Positions 29,901-49,020 of a stretch of 64,000 nucleotides of DNA are shown piece by piece; within the stretch, counting starts at the first letter, position 1; each line of letters begins with the position of its first letter. The stretch spans positions 7,040,001 through 7,104,000 of the forward strand of contig CP086569.2 of the NCBI GenBank assembly GCA_009914755.4, written 5' to 3'. Below the pieces are notes generated by a model that was not told where the DNA came from, searched no databases, and worked only from the letters and a program-made list of their open reading frames with translations. The DNA comes from the human T2T-CHM13v2.0 reference genome, Homo sapiens. The position numbers and the translations under genes are program-made.

Positions 29901-31944
29901 AAACAGTGTCCCTTTTTTTTAGGTGCTAAAACTTGGTTTTGAAATTTTATTTAAAAAAATTTGCAAACATATAAAATTTAGGATGAAAAACACTCATTTT
30001 AAAATGTAATAACTTAATATTTGCAAACATACACAGATGGTATAAAATCCATACCATTAAAAATGTTAATGATACAGTTTTGTGCTCATGGAACAAAAAC
30101 CTTGCTGTAATTCCAGAGCTTCTCATCCCCACCTTTCAGGGAGCTGAGAATCTGGTAAAATGAAAGTCATGAAAGCCACATGGCCAAAGCAGTAATACAG
30201 AATAAAAAAAATTTAGAACACATATTTTAAAAACCTGTTTCTTAGGGAATCACATGGATGAAAAGGAAACACAATTCTGCATTTTCCCTACTTCGAAGTG
30301 AATGATATTGCATCTTAGCATTTTAAATGAAGGTGTCAAATACAAAACCGAGGGAACTGCTGAACACATCTGCTGAATTTGCTGAAAAAGACGCTCCTCG
30401 AGGCCCTGGTCCACTCGGAAACGTTCTCAAACACAGCTATAAAAAAGCCTAGTGTAAGCCGCTTGACTTTGCTCGGATCTTAACATTTTAGAGACTTGGC
30501 AACACAGGGCATGATTAGTTCCAGAAGATATACTGAACGCAATTGAAGAAAACCCAATGGAGGCAAGAAAGAAAAACGTGCTCTGCAGCAAACATGCAGT
30601 CGAGACGCAGGACGCGCACCCCAGTGATTCCTCAATTCCCCTCACTCACACGGGCTGAGCCCACTCGTGTCTGTGCCCACCTCTCATTCCTCTCAGAGTT
30701 AAAGTATGACGGATGATTTTCTTTCTTGAGCAGTTAGGCACCTTCAATTTCATGTTACATTATTAGTAATACAATGGGATTTCACATGGTCCTGTTAAGG
30801 TTTCCATCAATACTCTTCAATGGCTTCTGGTTTTCAACAAATCAAGTGCATGCTTCCTGCTTTTGTGGTAAGGTCCTCAAACATGCGCCCCTGCCTACTT
30901 CCATGACTTATGATTTCTTACCCCGCCCTTCACAACACCCACACTAAGTGGCTTGTCTTTCCACGCGCCGGCCCCACACCTTGCTTCCTTTACCACATGT
31001 ATGTCCTCACGCTATTTGTTCTCTATGCGTTTGTGTGCAAATAAAATCCATTCTCTAATGCTGGGCATGCATGGGTCTTCCTCCATGAGATTTCGTGAAG
31101 GAAATCTTACATACTATTGGTGTTGATTGCATTGATTGATCAATTCACAGTCCCAGAGACATATTCTATAGAGGAGTTGAGTAAAACACCAATTAACACG
31201 GACTTCCAGACTGTCTACCCCAAACGTTGCCTTCTTGAAAGAAGGATTTCGTAGAGAAAACTCTCCCCCCAGCTCCCTCTGTGTGTGGTTCATATACCTC
31301 CTAGCCAGGTACAAGGCATGCCACCTTGTAATGCTCCTTCCTGCCTTATTTCTCCCACATACTGTGGTCCTGCATGCACCTGGCTAATGGGCCAACCCTC
31401 AAAGCTGCTGAAACGCCAGCCTAAGCCACGCATGAGGTAACCCATTTTCAGAACGGTCGTTCCAGACACATGGTGCCCAGATGGGAGCCGCAGTTTGACC
31501 TTCCATTTTTAAAATTTGCTTCCACTACAGAAATTAAAGTTCAAATAACCAAAGCTTACAGGGAGCCTGTTTATAGTTAATATCATTGGTTAAGATTAGA
31601 GATGATCTAATTCCTTAACCATAGATGTATTCTCCAAACGCATGAGCACAGAAAGGAAAATAGTGTGCAGGCAGCTGTTAAATTGCTCCCCGATGACTTC
31701 CCCTCTGCCATGTGAACTCTCTTCCTTTGACATGGTCTGACTAGTCTTGTACTAAAAATAAAATCTCCCTTATATGAACAAAATACAAAATATTCCTTTT
31801 TCTTTCTCTTTCAAGAGCCCTCTGGATTTTGTGTTAGCTTTATTTAAGAGATTTTTCTTCCTTTTGTGGCACAATGATCAGAATTAAGATTGATATTTAC
31901 ATTAAATTACATTACAAGATTTACTAAAATGTAGATTATCATGT

Positions 31945-32110
31945 CATAAATATATATCATATGTATATGTATCATATATATCATACATATATGATATATG
32001 TGTCATATGTCATACATATATGTATCATATATATCATACATATGATACATGTATCATATATCATACACATATGTATCATATATATCATGCATATATATAT
32101 ATTAGATAGA
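31945..32110 (+). repeat. AT-rich tandem repeat with a palindromic ~26-38 bp unit (catatgtatcatatatatcatacatat...)
   Basis: direct reading; units such as atcatatatatcatacatatatgatatatg are self-complementary. Confidence 0.8.
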
Positions 32111-32120
32111 AGAAATTATA

Positions 32121-32200
32121 GCCAGGTGCAACAGCTCATACCTGCAATCCCAGAGTTTTGGGAGGCCAAGGCAGGAGGGTTGCTTGAGGCCTGGAGTTCA
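32121..32200 (+). mobile_element. Alu 5' fragment
   Basis: gccaggtgcaacagctcatacctgcaatcccagagttttgggaggccaaggcaggagggttgcttgagg. Confidence 0.7.
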
Positions 32201-32256
32201 GCTTAAGCAATGTCTCTATCTCTACAAAATAAATTTTATTATTTTTTTAAATTATC

Positions 32257-32548
32257 TTTTTTTTTTTTGAGATAGAGTCTCACTCTGTTGCACAGGCTGG
32301 AGTGCAGTGTTTCAATCTTGGCTCACTGCAACCTCCACTGCCTGGGTTCAAGTGATTCTCCTGCCTCAGCCTCCTGAGTAGCTGAGACTATGGGCATGCA
32401 CCAGCATGCCCGTCTAATTTTTGTATTTTTAGTTGAGACAGGGTTTAACCATGTTGGCCAGTCTTGTCTTGAACTCCTGACCTTTTGATCTGCCTGCCTT
32501 GGCCTCACAAAGTGCTTGGATTACAGGCATGAACCACTGTACACAGCC
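32257..32548 (-). mobile_element. Alu, minus orientation
   Basis: ttttttttttttgagatagagtctcactctgttgcacaggctggagtgcagtg...ggattacaggcatgaaccactgtacacagcc. Confidence 0.85.
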
Positions 32549-32569
32549 CAAAATAAATTTTAAATATTA

Positions 32570-32722
32570 GCCGACCATGGTGGCATGCATCTGTAGTCCC
32601 AGCTACGTGGGAGGCTGAGGCAGGAGGATCACTTGAGTTCAGGAGGTCAAGGCTGCAGGAGCCATGATTGCACTACTGCACTCCAGCCTGGGCAATGGAG
32701 CTAGACCCCACCTCTTAAAAGA
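32570..32722 (+). mobile_element. Alu right-monomer fragment, plus orientation
   Basis: gccgaccatggtggcatgcatctgtagtcccagctacgtgggaggctgaggcaggaggatcacttgag... Confidence 0.7.
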
Positions 32723-33228
32723 AAACCATGATGTCTAAGTCTTAAGAAAAATTTAATTATTCACAAGCAATCATATTGCCTTAGCATTCATGGCAACGGT
32801 GCATTAATAACGTTGGTTTATTAGAGCTGTTCAAACTTGAATGGAAGAGGTACAAGACTAAAGTCAATGATTATGGGTTTTCACTTCTCCTTTTCATGAG
32901 TGGTGGCTACACCAAAAGCCCAGACTTTACCACTATGCAATCTGTGCTTGTTAGAAATCTGCACTTGTACCCCTGAAATACATTGAAAAAATAAATAATA
33001 ATTAAATGAAAAGTGTCAAATTTAACTTTTCTTCACAGGATTTCTCCATAAGATCTTTGGCACTTTGGTCAGTTTATCCAAACTTCAAACATTCCAGATT
33101 TCTAGGGGTACATCATGGAATTTCTAAGGGTACATCAAGGTATTGTAAGTATATGGTCCTGTCCCTAAAAGAAAAATGACACAGTTAAGATGACAAATTT
33201 GTAACATACACATATAAAGACACACATT

Positions 33229-33440
33229 CATAGTATGTCTATACATGTTATAAGCTTACAAATCTACATAGCAAAAGTGCATCTACATCGCAAAAGTGCA
33301 TGTACATCAAAGCAACCCATGAAACAGTAGATTATACATATTATAAGCATACACCTGTGTCTATACATGTTATAAGCATGCAAATCTACTAGCAAAAGTG
33401 TATCTACATCAAAGCAACCTGTGAAATAGTAGATTCAAAC
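33229..33440 (+). repeat. local tandem duplication of an ~100-bp unit (...tatacatgttataagc(t/a)t(a/g)caaatctac(a)tagcaaaagtg(c/t)atctacatc...caaagcaacc(c/t)(a/g)tgaaa(c/t)agtagatt...)
   Basis: direct reading of two adjacent similar segments. Confidence 0.55.
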
Positions 33441-33514
33441 AAATGAAGGAATAAATTTTTTTGGAGAGGATGGGAAGCGGGGTCGGGGATGGTATATTTG
33501 TCAGCTTGGGCTGC

Positions 33515-33856
33515 TGTATTAGTCTGTTCTCATGCTGCTAATAAAGACGTTCTTGAAACTGGGTAATTTATAAAGGAAATAAGTTAATGGACTCACAGTT
33601 CGACATGGCTTGGGAGGCCTCACAATCATGGCAGAAGATGAAGGGATGTCTTACATGGCAGACAAGAGAGCTTGTGCAGGGGAACTCCCATTTATAAAAC
33701 CATCAGATCTCATGAGACTTACTCACTACCATGAGAACACTATGGAGAAAACTGCCCCCCATGATTCAATTATCTCCACCTGGCCCTGCTCTTGACATGT
33801 GGGGATTATTACAATTCCAGGTGAGATTTGGGTAGTGACACAGCCAAACAATATCA
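33515..33856 (-). mobile_element. MaLR solo LTR (THE1/MST-type), minus orientation
   Basis: tgtattagtctgttctcatgctgctaataaagacgttcttgaaactgggtaatttataaagg...gatttgggtagtgacacagccaaacaatatca. Confidence 0.8.
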
Positions 33857-34034
33857 GCTGTGATAACAATATATCATAGAGTGAGTGGCTTATAAACAGC
33901 CAGTATTTATTGCTCACAGCTCTGGAAGCTGGAAGTTCACGACCATAGCATGGCAGCTTTGGTGTCTGGTGAGGACTTGTAGATGCCTGCTTTTTTCCTG
34001 TGCCCTCACATGGCTTTTTCTCAGTGTGTGTGAA

Positions 34035-34080
34035 AGAGAGAGAGAGAGAGAGAGATGGAGGGAGAGAGAGAGAGAGAGAG
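34035..34080 (+). repeat. (GA)n microsatellite
   Basis: gagagagagagagagagatggagggagagagagagagagagag. Confidence 0.9.
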
Positions 34081-34477
34081 CTCTGTTGTGCCTCCTATGA
34101 GGGCACCATAATAGTTCATTTTATAGGTCAATTTGACTGAGCCACAGGATGCCAAGATATTTGGTTAAACATTGTTTCTGAATGTGTCTGTGAAGGTGTT
34201 TTTAGAAGGGATATTAGCATTTGAATTGGTGGAATAATTAAGGCAGATTATCCCCCTTATATGGTTAGGTATTCAATTTGTTGCAGGCCTCACTAGACCA
34301 AAACGTTGACAGGAAGTTGAATTAACTATCTGCGTCCTTGCCCTGAGACGCTGATCTCTTCCTTAGCTCTCCTGGTTCTCAGACCTTCAGGATCTGACTG
34401 AAATCTACCCTGGAATCTATAACACAGTCTCTCCTGGGTCTCCAGTTGTAGATAGTGGGTCAGTTTTCAGCCTCCAT

Positions 34478-34605
34478 AATTGCCCAGGATGGAGTGCAGT
34501 GGCACAATCATACCTCATTGCAACCTCAACTTCCGGGTATCAAGTAATCCTCCAGTCTCAGTCTCCCTGAGTAGCTGGGACTAGTCATGTGCCTGCACAC
34601 CCAGC
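34478..34605 (-). mobile_element. Alu fragment, minus orientation
   Basis: tgcccaggatggagtgcagtggcacaatcatacctcattgcaacctcaacttccgggtatcaagtaatcctccagtctcagtctccctgagtagctgggact. Confidence 0.7.
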
Positions 34606-35949
34606 TGTGTATTTCATCTTATAAGGATATAAAATTATATCATTCATCTTCTTGTTGACTTCTTGTAACCACCATGAAAGCATGACTCTTGTCTGTCTTA
34701 TCCTCTTCCCTATGTCCAGAACTTGGCACATACTAGCAGCTCTACAATTAGTTGTTGCATAAATGGCAAATTTATTTTTTTTAGGGAGTATTGCATTCTC
34801 TGCCTAGAAGTCCCTGCCCCCTCTCCCTTCCCCAGAAGGAAACTTCTTACTGGCTAAGATGCTGTTCTAACCTCAGTGCTTCCAAAGGAGCCTCAGCAAG
34901 TCAGGGGCTATCACTTAAAACGTATTTATCCCCAAATTCAGATATGATTTGTTTCAAGGAATGCACTGCAAGTATTTACAGAATGAACCATTGAAGCAGG
35001 AAAAGGAACTGGCATGAGCAAATTCTCTGTTTCTGTTACAATATAAGAGGTTGTGTCAGTCAGAGCTATTGGCACATAACAAAGAATCCAAATATGCAGT
35101 GGGTTAAAAAAATCTATGTTATATACTCACCATCCTTTGGGACAAAAATTCAGGCTGTACTCAATGGGTGCTCTGAGATCTACCAAGTAGAGGCCCAGAA
35201 TGATGCTGAGAATCCTACAATGCACATGGCAGCTTCCATGACAAATAATTTTCTGGCCCCAACTGTCAATGGTGCGAGTGCTCAACAACAACAAAAACCT
35301 ACATCTTCTAAGTCCAAGTTTATTAGGTACATTTCTTTTCTTTTCTTTTTTGACTTTATTTTACTTTTTTTTTTTTTAAATAATGAAATGCCTCACGAAT
35401 TTACCTGTCATCATTGCATGGGCCTTTCTAATATTATCTGTATCATCCCAATTTTAGTATATATGTTGCCAAAGTCAGCACATTAGGTACATTTTTAACC
35501 TTCGAAGTCTTCCAAGTCACTGCAGGCTACAGTTTTACTCTTCCAACACAACATACCACTGGTTACCATTTTTTTTCCTAGCCTTCGGTAGCAGTTACCT
35601 TACTATTTTCCCAAACTTCATTCACCACTCAGTTTCAAAGCCAATGAAACATGTTTTAAGCTTTGGTATAATAGGAACCCCCACCCACTTCAGTATGAAT
35701 TTTGGGATCTGTTACCTATTTTTTGATATAAAATCAACTGCAAGTTTAGTGCCTCAGTATCACAAACACTGTATTTGCTCATATGTCTGTGAATCAATAA
35801 CTTGGACTGGGTTCAGTTGGGCAGTTCTTCTATTGGTCTTGCCTGGGGTCTTTAATGCAGCTTCCATTTTCTGGCAGCTTGATGAGACTGGATGGTCTAA
35901 GGTACATTCATGAACACATCTGTTTGGTGGACTTGTCTGTCAGCCTCGA

Positions 35950-36262
35950 GTACTGAGGCCACCCCATATGAAGAAGCCAGGGTAGCCTTTTTGAAATGAG
36001 TCACCGTGAGAAAGATTCAGCTGACAGCCAGCACCAATGGCCAGCCATGTGAGTAGGCTCCCAGTTTACACCATCCATTTTCAGTCAAACTGTCAGAGGA
36101 CTGAGACCATGTAAGCGACCTTCACGAAGACCCACAGAAGAACCATCCAGCTGAGCTCAGCCTGAAATTTTTGACCCAAAGAATGATGCACAAATAGAAC
36201 GGTGATTGTCTTTAGCTCCTAAGTGTTGGGGTGTTTGTTACACAGCAATAGATAATGGATAT
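35950..36262 (+). mobile_element. MaLR LTR fragment (MLT1-type)
   Basis: 3' end ...tctttagctcctaagtgttggggtgtttgttacacagcaatagataatgga resembles the MLT1 terminus ...tgttttaagccactaagttttggggtggtttgttacgcagcaatagataactaatac. Confidence 0.45.
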
Positions 36263-37949
36263 GGCTCCATGGAAATATGGAAGCTCCCACTCCTATATTT
36301 ATAAGTAGTTCCAACATGGAAAAGAAGCTCACTATTGATTCTGTGAGGCTAAAACTTACGTGAAGGTAGTAGAAAGCCAGTGAGCAAGTGGTGGCTGGTT
36401 TGAGCTAAAGTGCCTCCTCAGGGAAGCATACCCTTCCTAAATTGCTGCATTGTGGGTCTGGACCAAGGTGAGCTTGGGTTTCGAGGGCAGTTCCCTTACA
36501 GCAGGGGAAGTTACACACAGTGAAATAGACTTACAGTCACTCGTTGCTTAATGATGAGGAAAGAAGATTGTTCATTTTTTATTTATTTGGTATTAAATCA
36601 CTGAATATTTTTTATATGTACAAGTCTTCTGAGACTACTTAATATACTATTTTGACCTTTCTTCTTTAAAAGCATAAAGTCATATTTTTTTCCTAAAGGT
36701 AGAAATCTGGAAGAGATTTAAATGATGATCAAAACAGCAAATCCATGAATTTTTAATGGTTTCTAAACTTGAATGGTTTCTAAACTTGGTTTCTAAAATC
36801 AGATTTTGACTCCCTGGCCTTGCACAAATTCTTATTTTTTCTTCAACTCATCTAAGATTTAATTTTATATGATGCATAGCTTTTCCTTCCAATTATATTT
36901 AACCTCTTTGTAACATTTCAAAAATATACAAATAATCTAAAGGATCATTTTAAACTTTCTTTCCCCCGGCACAGGACATACTTAAAAAATATGATTTAAA
37001 CCGGGTGATGATTTTCTAGAAAAAATTTATCGCAATCACAAGGAAGGAATTGAGCAAATTGAGGGCAACATAGGGAAATGAAAATTAAGTTCACAATTCA
37101 TAAGTAAATGTAAAATTAAGTTTACCTTTCTTTCTATGTAAGTCAATAAAAAGTTAGCAAATATTAGTAAAATTCCCCCAAAGGTCCCTACCCTACATAA
37201 ATGCATGTGTGTGTGTACAGAAGCATTGTAATGAAACACTTAATCTCCTTTGCCCTTAACTAGAACCAGATGCCTTGGGAAGGAGGTTGAGGCGGGCTAG
37301 CTGAAGAACTTCTACTGTATTGCAAATTACGCTGAAGGGACTTTCAGAAATGAGCTACTTTTCCCCATCTCCTTTCAGCAGTTTTCTGGAGCTGGAAATG
37401 AAAAACCTGTACCCCTGACTTACTGGACCTTAGGATTTAAAAATCACCACCTTCATTTATCATTCCTTCATTGGCAGTTGTAAAGGGAACTAAGTAGTCT
37501 ATTCATTTACTCAAATAGTTATTCAGCGCTACCATTTACCAGCATCATGCCAGGTAAGACCCCTGAGCCTCTAGGTGCTTTCTATATGTGTGGTGGGGGA
37601 GTGGACACATAAACAACAATCATCATGGACATGGTGTGTGATGGGTGCAGGGGACAGGGAGGGGCCTCAGGGAAGCTGGGCTGGCCAGAGGGCAGGCAGA
37701 AAGTGGTGTTAGGGCGAAGAGACAGAGGCGGTGAGAAAAGCTGTTCCCGGAAACACCCCCTAGGAGTGATTAGATTTGAAGGGTGGGTAGGAAGTGGATG
37801 AGGCCAGTCAGTGAATGTCCTTGTTTACCATTTCACTCATTTTCCAAAAAAAAAGTGTTTCATTTAAAATGTTGGTACATTTTATAAATCTCTATCTCTC
37901 AGTCTTTCTCTGCATATATCAACATACATATAATAATAAAGAGATGAGA

Positions 37950-38412
37950 ATAAATAGAATCGATAGATAAAATATAATAGATGACAGACAGCTTATATTG
38001 ATTAGACAGATAATGATAGATGATACATAGATTCAATAGATAGATAGATAGATAGATAAATAAATATATAGATAATGACCGATAATAGATTCAGTAGATG
38101 GATGGTTGGATAGACAGATAGATATTGATAGATGATAGATTCAATAGATGAATGGATGGATGGATAGATATATGATAGATACATAGATAATGATAGATGA
38201 TTAGATTCAGTAGATGTCTGGTTGGATAGCTAGGTATGTGATAGACAGATAAGGATAGATGATAGATTCAGTAGATGGATGGATAGATGATAAATAGCTA
38301 GCTAGCTACACAGGTACATTCAATACATGAATGAACGGATGGATAAATGGATGAATAGATGGATGGATAGGTATAGAAAGATGATGGATAGATGAATAGA
38401 TAGGTAGATAAT
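37950..38412 (+). repeat. GATA/GGAT-rich complex microsatellite with a higher-order ~55-65 bp periodicity (gatagatgatagattcagtagatggatgg(a/t)tggatag...)
   Basis: direct reading; repeated blocks at roughly 38030, 38085, 38140, 38200, 38255. Confidence 0.85.
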
Positions 38413-38589
38413 TTTACCAGCTTTAAAAAATTTCAACAAATATCTAGCTTACCATTTTTATATTTCATATGGTTTTTTGATAATTTATATTTTTTATGGA
38501 TAGTTTAAACAGCTTTTGAAGACTTCAAGCAAATATTCATTGACTTTTAGATTTTGTTTTTCTATTAGCTTTCTGAGAATGTCTAATTT

Positions 38590-38830
38590 ATCTGCTTTCC
38601 CAGAGTCATTACAGCACTATTCACAATAGCCAGAATGTGGAGCCAACCAAAGTGTCTATCAGTGGATGAATGAGTAAAGAAAATGTGGTTTGTATACACA
38701 ATGGAATGCTATTAAGTCTTAAAGAAAGAAGTGTTAGCATTTGCAACAACATGGATGAACCTGGAGGACATTATGCTAAGTGAAATAAGCCAGGCACAGA
38801 ATGACTGTTCTGTGCAGGAGATGTGCAAGG
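38590..38830 (+). mobile_element. old L1 ORF2 C-terminal fragment
   Basis: translation resembles the L1 ORF2 end: ...ALFTIARMWSQPKCLSVDE*VKKMWFVYTMECY*VLKKEVLAFATTWMNLEDIMLSEISQAQNDCSVQEM. Confidence 0.65.
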
Positions 38831-38977
38831 GGAGAAGAAAAGACACACACACAATACCTTTAAGGGTAAACAACCTTTATCCCATGTAAATGGCAATGGA
38901 GATATAATAAGCAAGTGATATAATAAGCAAATTGATATAATAAGCAAATTGCAATGGGAAGGGGAGAGGGAAAAGAT

Positions 38978-39190
38978 ATATATATATCATACATATATAC
39001 ACTCATATCACGTATATCATATATATATATTTACATATACTCAACATATATAATATATATTATACCCTATATATATTATATATAATATATATTATACCCT
39101 ATATATATATTATATATAATATATATTATACTCAACATATATATTATACCCAATATATATATTATATATATAATATATATACTCAACAGA
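38978..39190 (+). repeat. AT-rich tandem repeat ((TATATATTATACCC)-like units)
   Basis: direct reading. Confidence 0.85.
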
Positions 39191-39920
39191 CTACGGATGA
39201 TTCATCACCAGACTGGGAAGCAACTGCCTGGGATTCAAAGTCGGCCACCTGTCTGTGCACAGACAAGGAGTGGTCTCATGAAACTCTGGCACAGTCTGGG
39301 GCCCTAGCTCTTTTTGTAATGAGTTGTTTGGCATGAGGCCCAGTCATGAGAGCCGATCGTGACTGGGCTCAAGGGACACAAGAAAAGTCAACTTGTTTTT
39401 GCAATTATCTTTCAATAACTATTTCTCCATAACAGCACTGGATAAATGCCTCAAGGGACTCACACAACCTTTTCCGGGACTTGGTGACCATTGTTTGTGT
39501 CCATGTTCAATTGAGTTCGAATTTATGTATTTAACTTTTCCTCCGTAATGACACATACTGCATGATCTCAGATATGAAATCTTTGTATTATTTAGTTCAA
39601 GATTCTCAATGTGGGTGCTGTTGACACTTGGGGCTGGAGGAGGCTCTGTGGTGTGGCTGTACTGTGCACTTGTAGGGTGTTGAGCAGCATCCCTGGGCTC
39701 CACCCACCAGAAGCAAGGAACATCCACTCTCCAATCATAACACAAAATGTCTCCAGAGGTTGCAAATGGCTCCTGATGGTTTGAAAGTCAAAGACAGTAC
39801 ATGCTCAAGACTTAACATACATTTCAAAATGACTTCAAAAGAAACTCAGAAAAAATAAATCATCATCTAGGAATCAGGTGCCCACTTAGGAGCCCTTGGT
39901 GAGAGGAAAAGAGATATCTC

Positions 39921-40330
39921 AGCTGGGCTCAGTAGCTCACTCTTGTAATTCCAGCATGTTGGGAGGCTGAGGTGGGTGGATTACTTGAGTTCCAGAGTTC
40001 TAGACCAGCTTGGGCAACTTTGCAAAACCTGCTCTCTATAAAAAATACAAAAGTGAGCCAGGTGTGGTGGCATGTGCCTTGAGTCTCAGCTATTTGGGAG
40101 GCTGAGTCAGGAGGATTGCTTGAGCCCGGGAGTATGAGACCAGCCTGGGCTATCCATACAAAAAATAAAAATAATTAGCCAGGAATGGTGGTGCATCCCT
40201 GTAGTATCAGCTACTCAGGAGGCTGAGGTAGGAGGATTGTTTAAGGCTGGGAGGTTGAGGCTGCAGTGAGCCATGATTGCACCACTGCACTGCAGCCTGA
40301 GTGAGATCATGTCTTAAAAAACAAAAAAAA
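39921..40330 (+). mobile_element. Alu, plus orientation, with an internal partial duplication or two adjacent partial Alus, ending in an A-tail at 40310-40330
   Basis: gctgggctcagtagctcactcttgtaattccagcatgttgggaggctgaggtgggtgg... then gccaggtgtggtggcatgtgcc... then gccaggaatggtggtgcatccctgtagt...gcagtgagccatgattgcaccactgcactgcagcctgagtgag. Confidence 0.8.
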
Positions 40331-40331
40331 A

Positions 40332-46133
<5,802 letters not shown>

Positions 46134-46379
46134 GTATGTCCATCCATGCACAGACCTTGCTGTATTTATCACATTTATCATGTTGATTTTATGGATGAAC
46201 ATCTTCCTTTAGTTCCCTGTCCAATCCAGCTGGATTTCATTCAGCCCTCCTTGGTTAGCACAATAAGCACGCTTTTGTCAGCGGTGTTGCAACACAAGTG
46301 ACTACATCTTGAATAGGAGCTGAATAAAATAAGGCTGAGATCTATTGTGCTGCATTCCCAAGAGTTACGGCATCCTTAG

Positions 46380-46905
46380 TCACAGGATGTGATAGGAACT
46401 TAGTACAAGATTACAAGATACAACGTGACAAAGACCTCGCTGATAAAACAGTTTGCAGTAAAGAAGTCAGCCAAATCCCACCAAAACCAAGATGGTGACA
46501 AGAGTAACCTCTGGTCATTGTAACTGCTCATTATACATTCATAATGCATTAGCTGCTAAAAGTCACTGCCACAAGAGCCAGGACAGTTTACAGATGTCAT
46601 GACTACCTCAGGAAGTCACCCTCTATGGTCTAAAAAGGGGAGGAACCCTCAGAATTACCTACCCCTTTCCTGGAAAACTCATGACTAATTCACCCCTTGT
46701 TTAGCATATAATCAATAAATAACCATAAACATAGGCAGCCAGCAGCCTATGCTGCTGCTTTGCCTATGAAGCAGCTATTCTTTATTCCTTTACTTTCTTA
46801 ATATACTTCCTTTCATTTTACTCTGTGGACTCGCCCTGAATTCTCTCTTGCACGAGATCCAACAACCCTCTCTTGAGGTTTGGACTGGGACCCCTTTCTG
46901 GTAAG
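46380..46905 (+). mobile_element. solo LTR-like element (ERV1-type LTR, family undetermined); the upstream 46150-46380 may belong to it
   Basis: tgtgataggaact...ccaccaaaaccaagatggtgacaagagtaacctctggtc...aaaaaggggagga...aatcaataaataaccataaacataggcagccagcagcc...ttattcctttactttcttaatatacttcctttcattttactctgtggactcgccctgaattctctcttgcacgagatccaacaaccctctcttgaggtttggactgggacccctttctggtaa has the layout of an ERV1 LTR: a poly(A)-signal-like AATAAA followed by a U5-like end. Confidence 0.4.
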
Positions 46906-47325
46906 GCTTTCACTTTACATTCCTGCCATCCCTGGAGGGAGGAGGTCCTGTCTTCGCTGGAAAGCCATGCGGTGCTGGACTGTGGTTATTCGCTGTGGTT
47001 TATCTGAACCCAAAAAGAAAAAACAATTTTCCTGGGGCCACTCCTGGCCTGGAAAGATTGACCTTATATCAGGCTGCCTTAATCCCTCCCTTATTTCCAC
47101 ATTGTAGTCTGAAATTATATCAAGTGTAGAGGGAAGTGAATATCTTAGGACAGAGGCTTGAACTGGGAAAATGGATGTTATCTTCGTAATGTAAAGAAAA
47201 ATAATGGGATGCTACAACAAAGAACCCAACCTCGCTTGGTGAGGAGACATTTGAGAAAGAATAGACATGCATTGCAGTTTTAGACTAGAACAGTGGTTCT
47301 TTTTAAACATTATTTTATTATTTAT

Positions 47326-47936
47326 TATTTTTAGAGACGAGGTCTTGTTCTGTTGCCCACACTAGAGTACAGTGGTGTGATCATAGCTCGCCGCAGCCTT
47401 CAAATCCCAGGCTCAAGCGATCCTCCTGCCTCAGCCTCCTGAGTAGTTGGGACTACAGGTGTCTGCCACCATGCCCAGCTCATTTTTAAAAGTTGTTTGT
47501 CGGATGGGTGCAGTGGCTCACGCCTGTAATCCCAGCACTTTGGGAGGTGGAGGAGGGTGGATCATGAGGTCAGGAGATTGAGACCATCGTGACTAACATG
47601 GTGGAACCCCATTTCTACTAAAAACACAAAAAACTAGCTGGGCATGGTCACGGGCACCTGTAGTCCCAGCTACTCAGGAGGCTGAGGCAGGAGAATGGTG
47701 TAAACCCAGGGGGACGGGGGGGCGGTGGAGCTTTCAGTGAGCCAAGATTGCACCACTGCACTCCAGCCTGGGTGACAGAGTGAAACTCCATCTCAAAACA
47801 AGAAAAAAAAATTGTTTTTTAATGTGGTCTCACTATGTTGCCCAGCCTGGTTGTCCCCAATTCCTGGCTTCAAGCAGTCCTCCTGCCTCTGCCTCCCAAA
47901 GTGCTGGGCTTATAGGCATAAGCCACCATACCTGGC
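47326..47936 (-). mobile_element. older Alu (minus) split by a nested younger Alu
   Basis: 47326-47500 and 47812-47936 together form one reverse-complement Alu: ...gagacgaggtcttgttctgttgcccacactagagtacagtgg...ctcatttttaaaagttgtttgt / ttgttttttaatgtggtctcactatgttgcccagcctgg...gggcttataggcataagccaccatacctggc. Confidence 0.75.
47501..47811 (+). mobile_element. Alu (AluY/S-like, plus) nested inside the older minus-strand Alu; target-site duplication approximately TTGTTT
   Basis: cggatgggtgcagtggctcacgcctgtaatcccagcactttgggaggtggagg...gcaccactgcactccagcctgggtgacagagtgaaactccatctcaaaacaagaaaaaaaaa. Confidence 0.85.
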
Positions 47937-48481
47937 TTAAATTTTATTTTTAATCATCATGGATGCATAATAGTTGTACTTATTTACAGGGTATATATGA
48001 TATTTTGACACAAGCTTACAATGTGTAATAATCAAATTTGGGTAATTGGGGTATCTATGCCTTCAAGCCTTTTACCATTTGTTTGTATTAGGAACATTGC
48101 AATTCCACTCTCTTATTTTAAAATATACAATGAATTATTGTTAACTATAGTCTCCCTGTTGTTGTACCAAATACTATACCTTTTTGCTTCTATCCAACTG
48201 TATTTTTGCGTTCATTAACTATCCCCACTCTATCGCCTCTTCCTCAATACTCTTCCCAGCCTCTGGTAACCACCATTCTACTTTATCTCCATGAGTGCAA
48301 GTTTTCAACATTTTTACCTGCCACGTTTGAGTGAGAACATGTGAAATTTTGTATCAGGAGTTCTTTGATTTTTTTTTTAATTTGAATAGCTTTAGGGGTA
48401 CACGTGGTTTTTGGTTATGTGGATGAGTGAAGTTTAGGATGTTAGTGCACCCATCACCTGGGTGTTGTACATGGTACCTAA

Positions 48482-49020
<539 letters not shown>

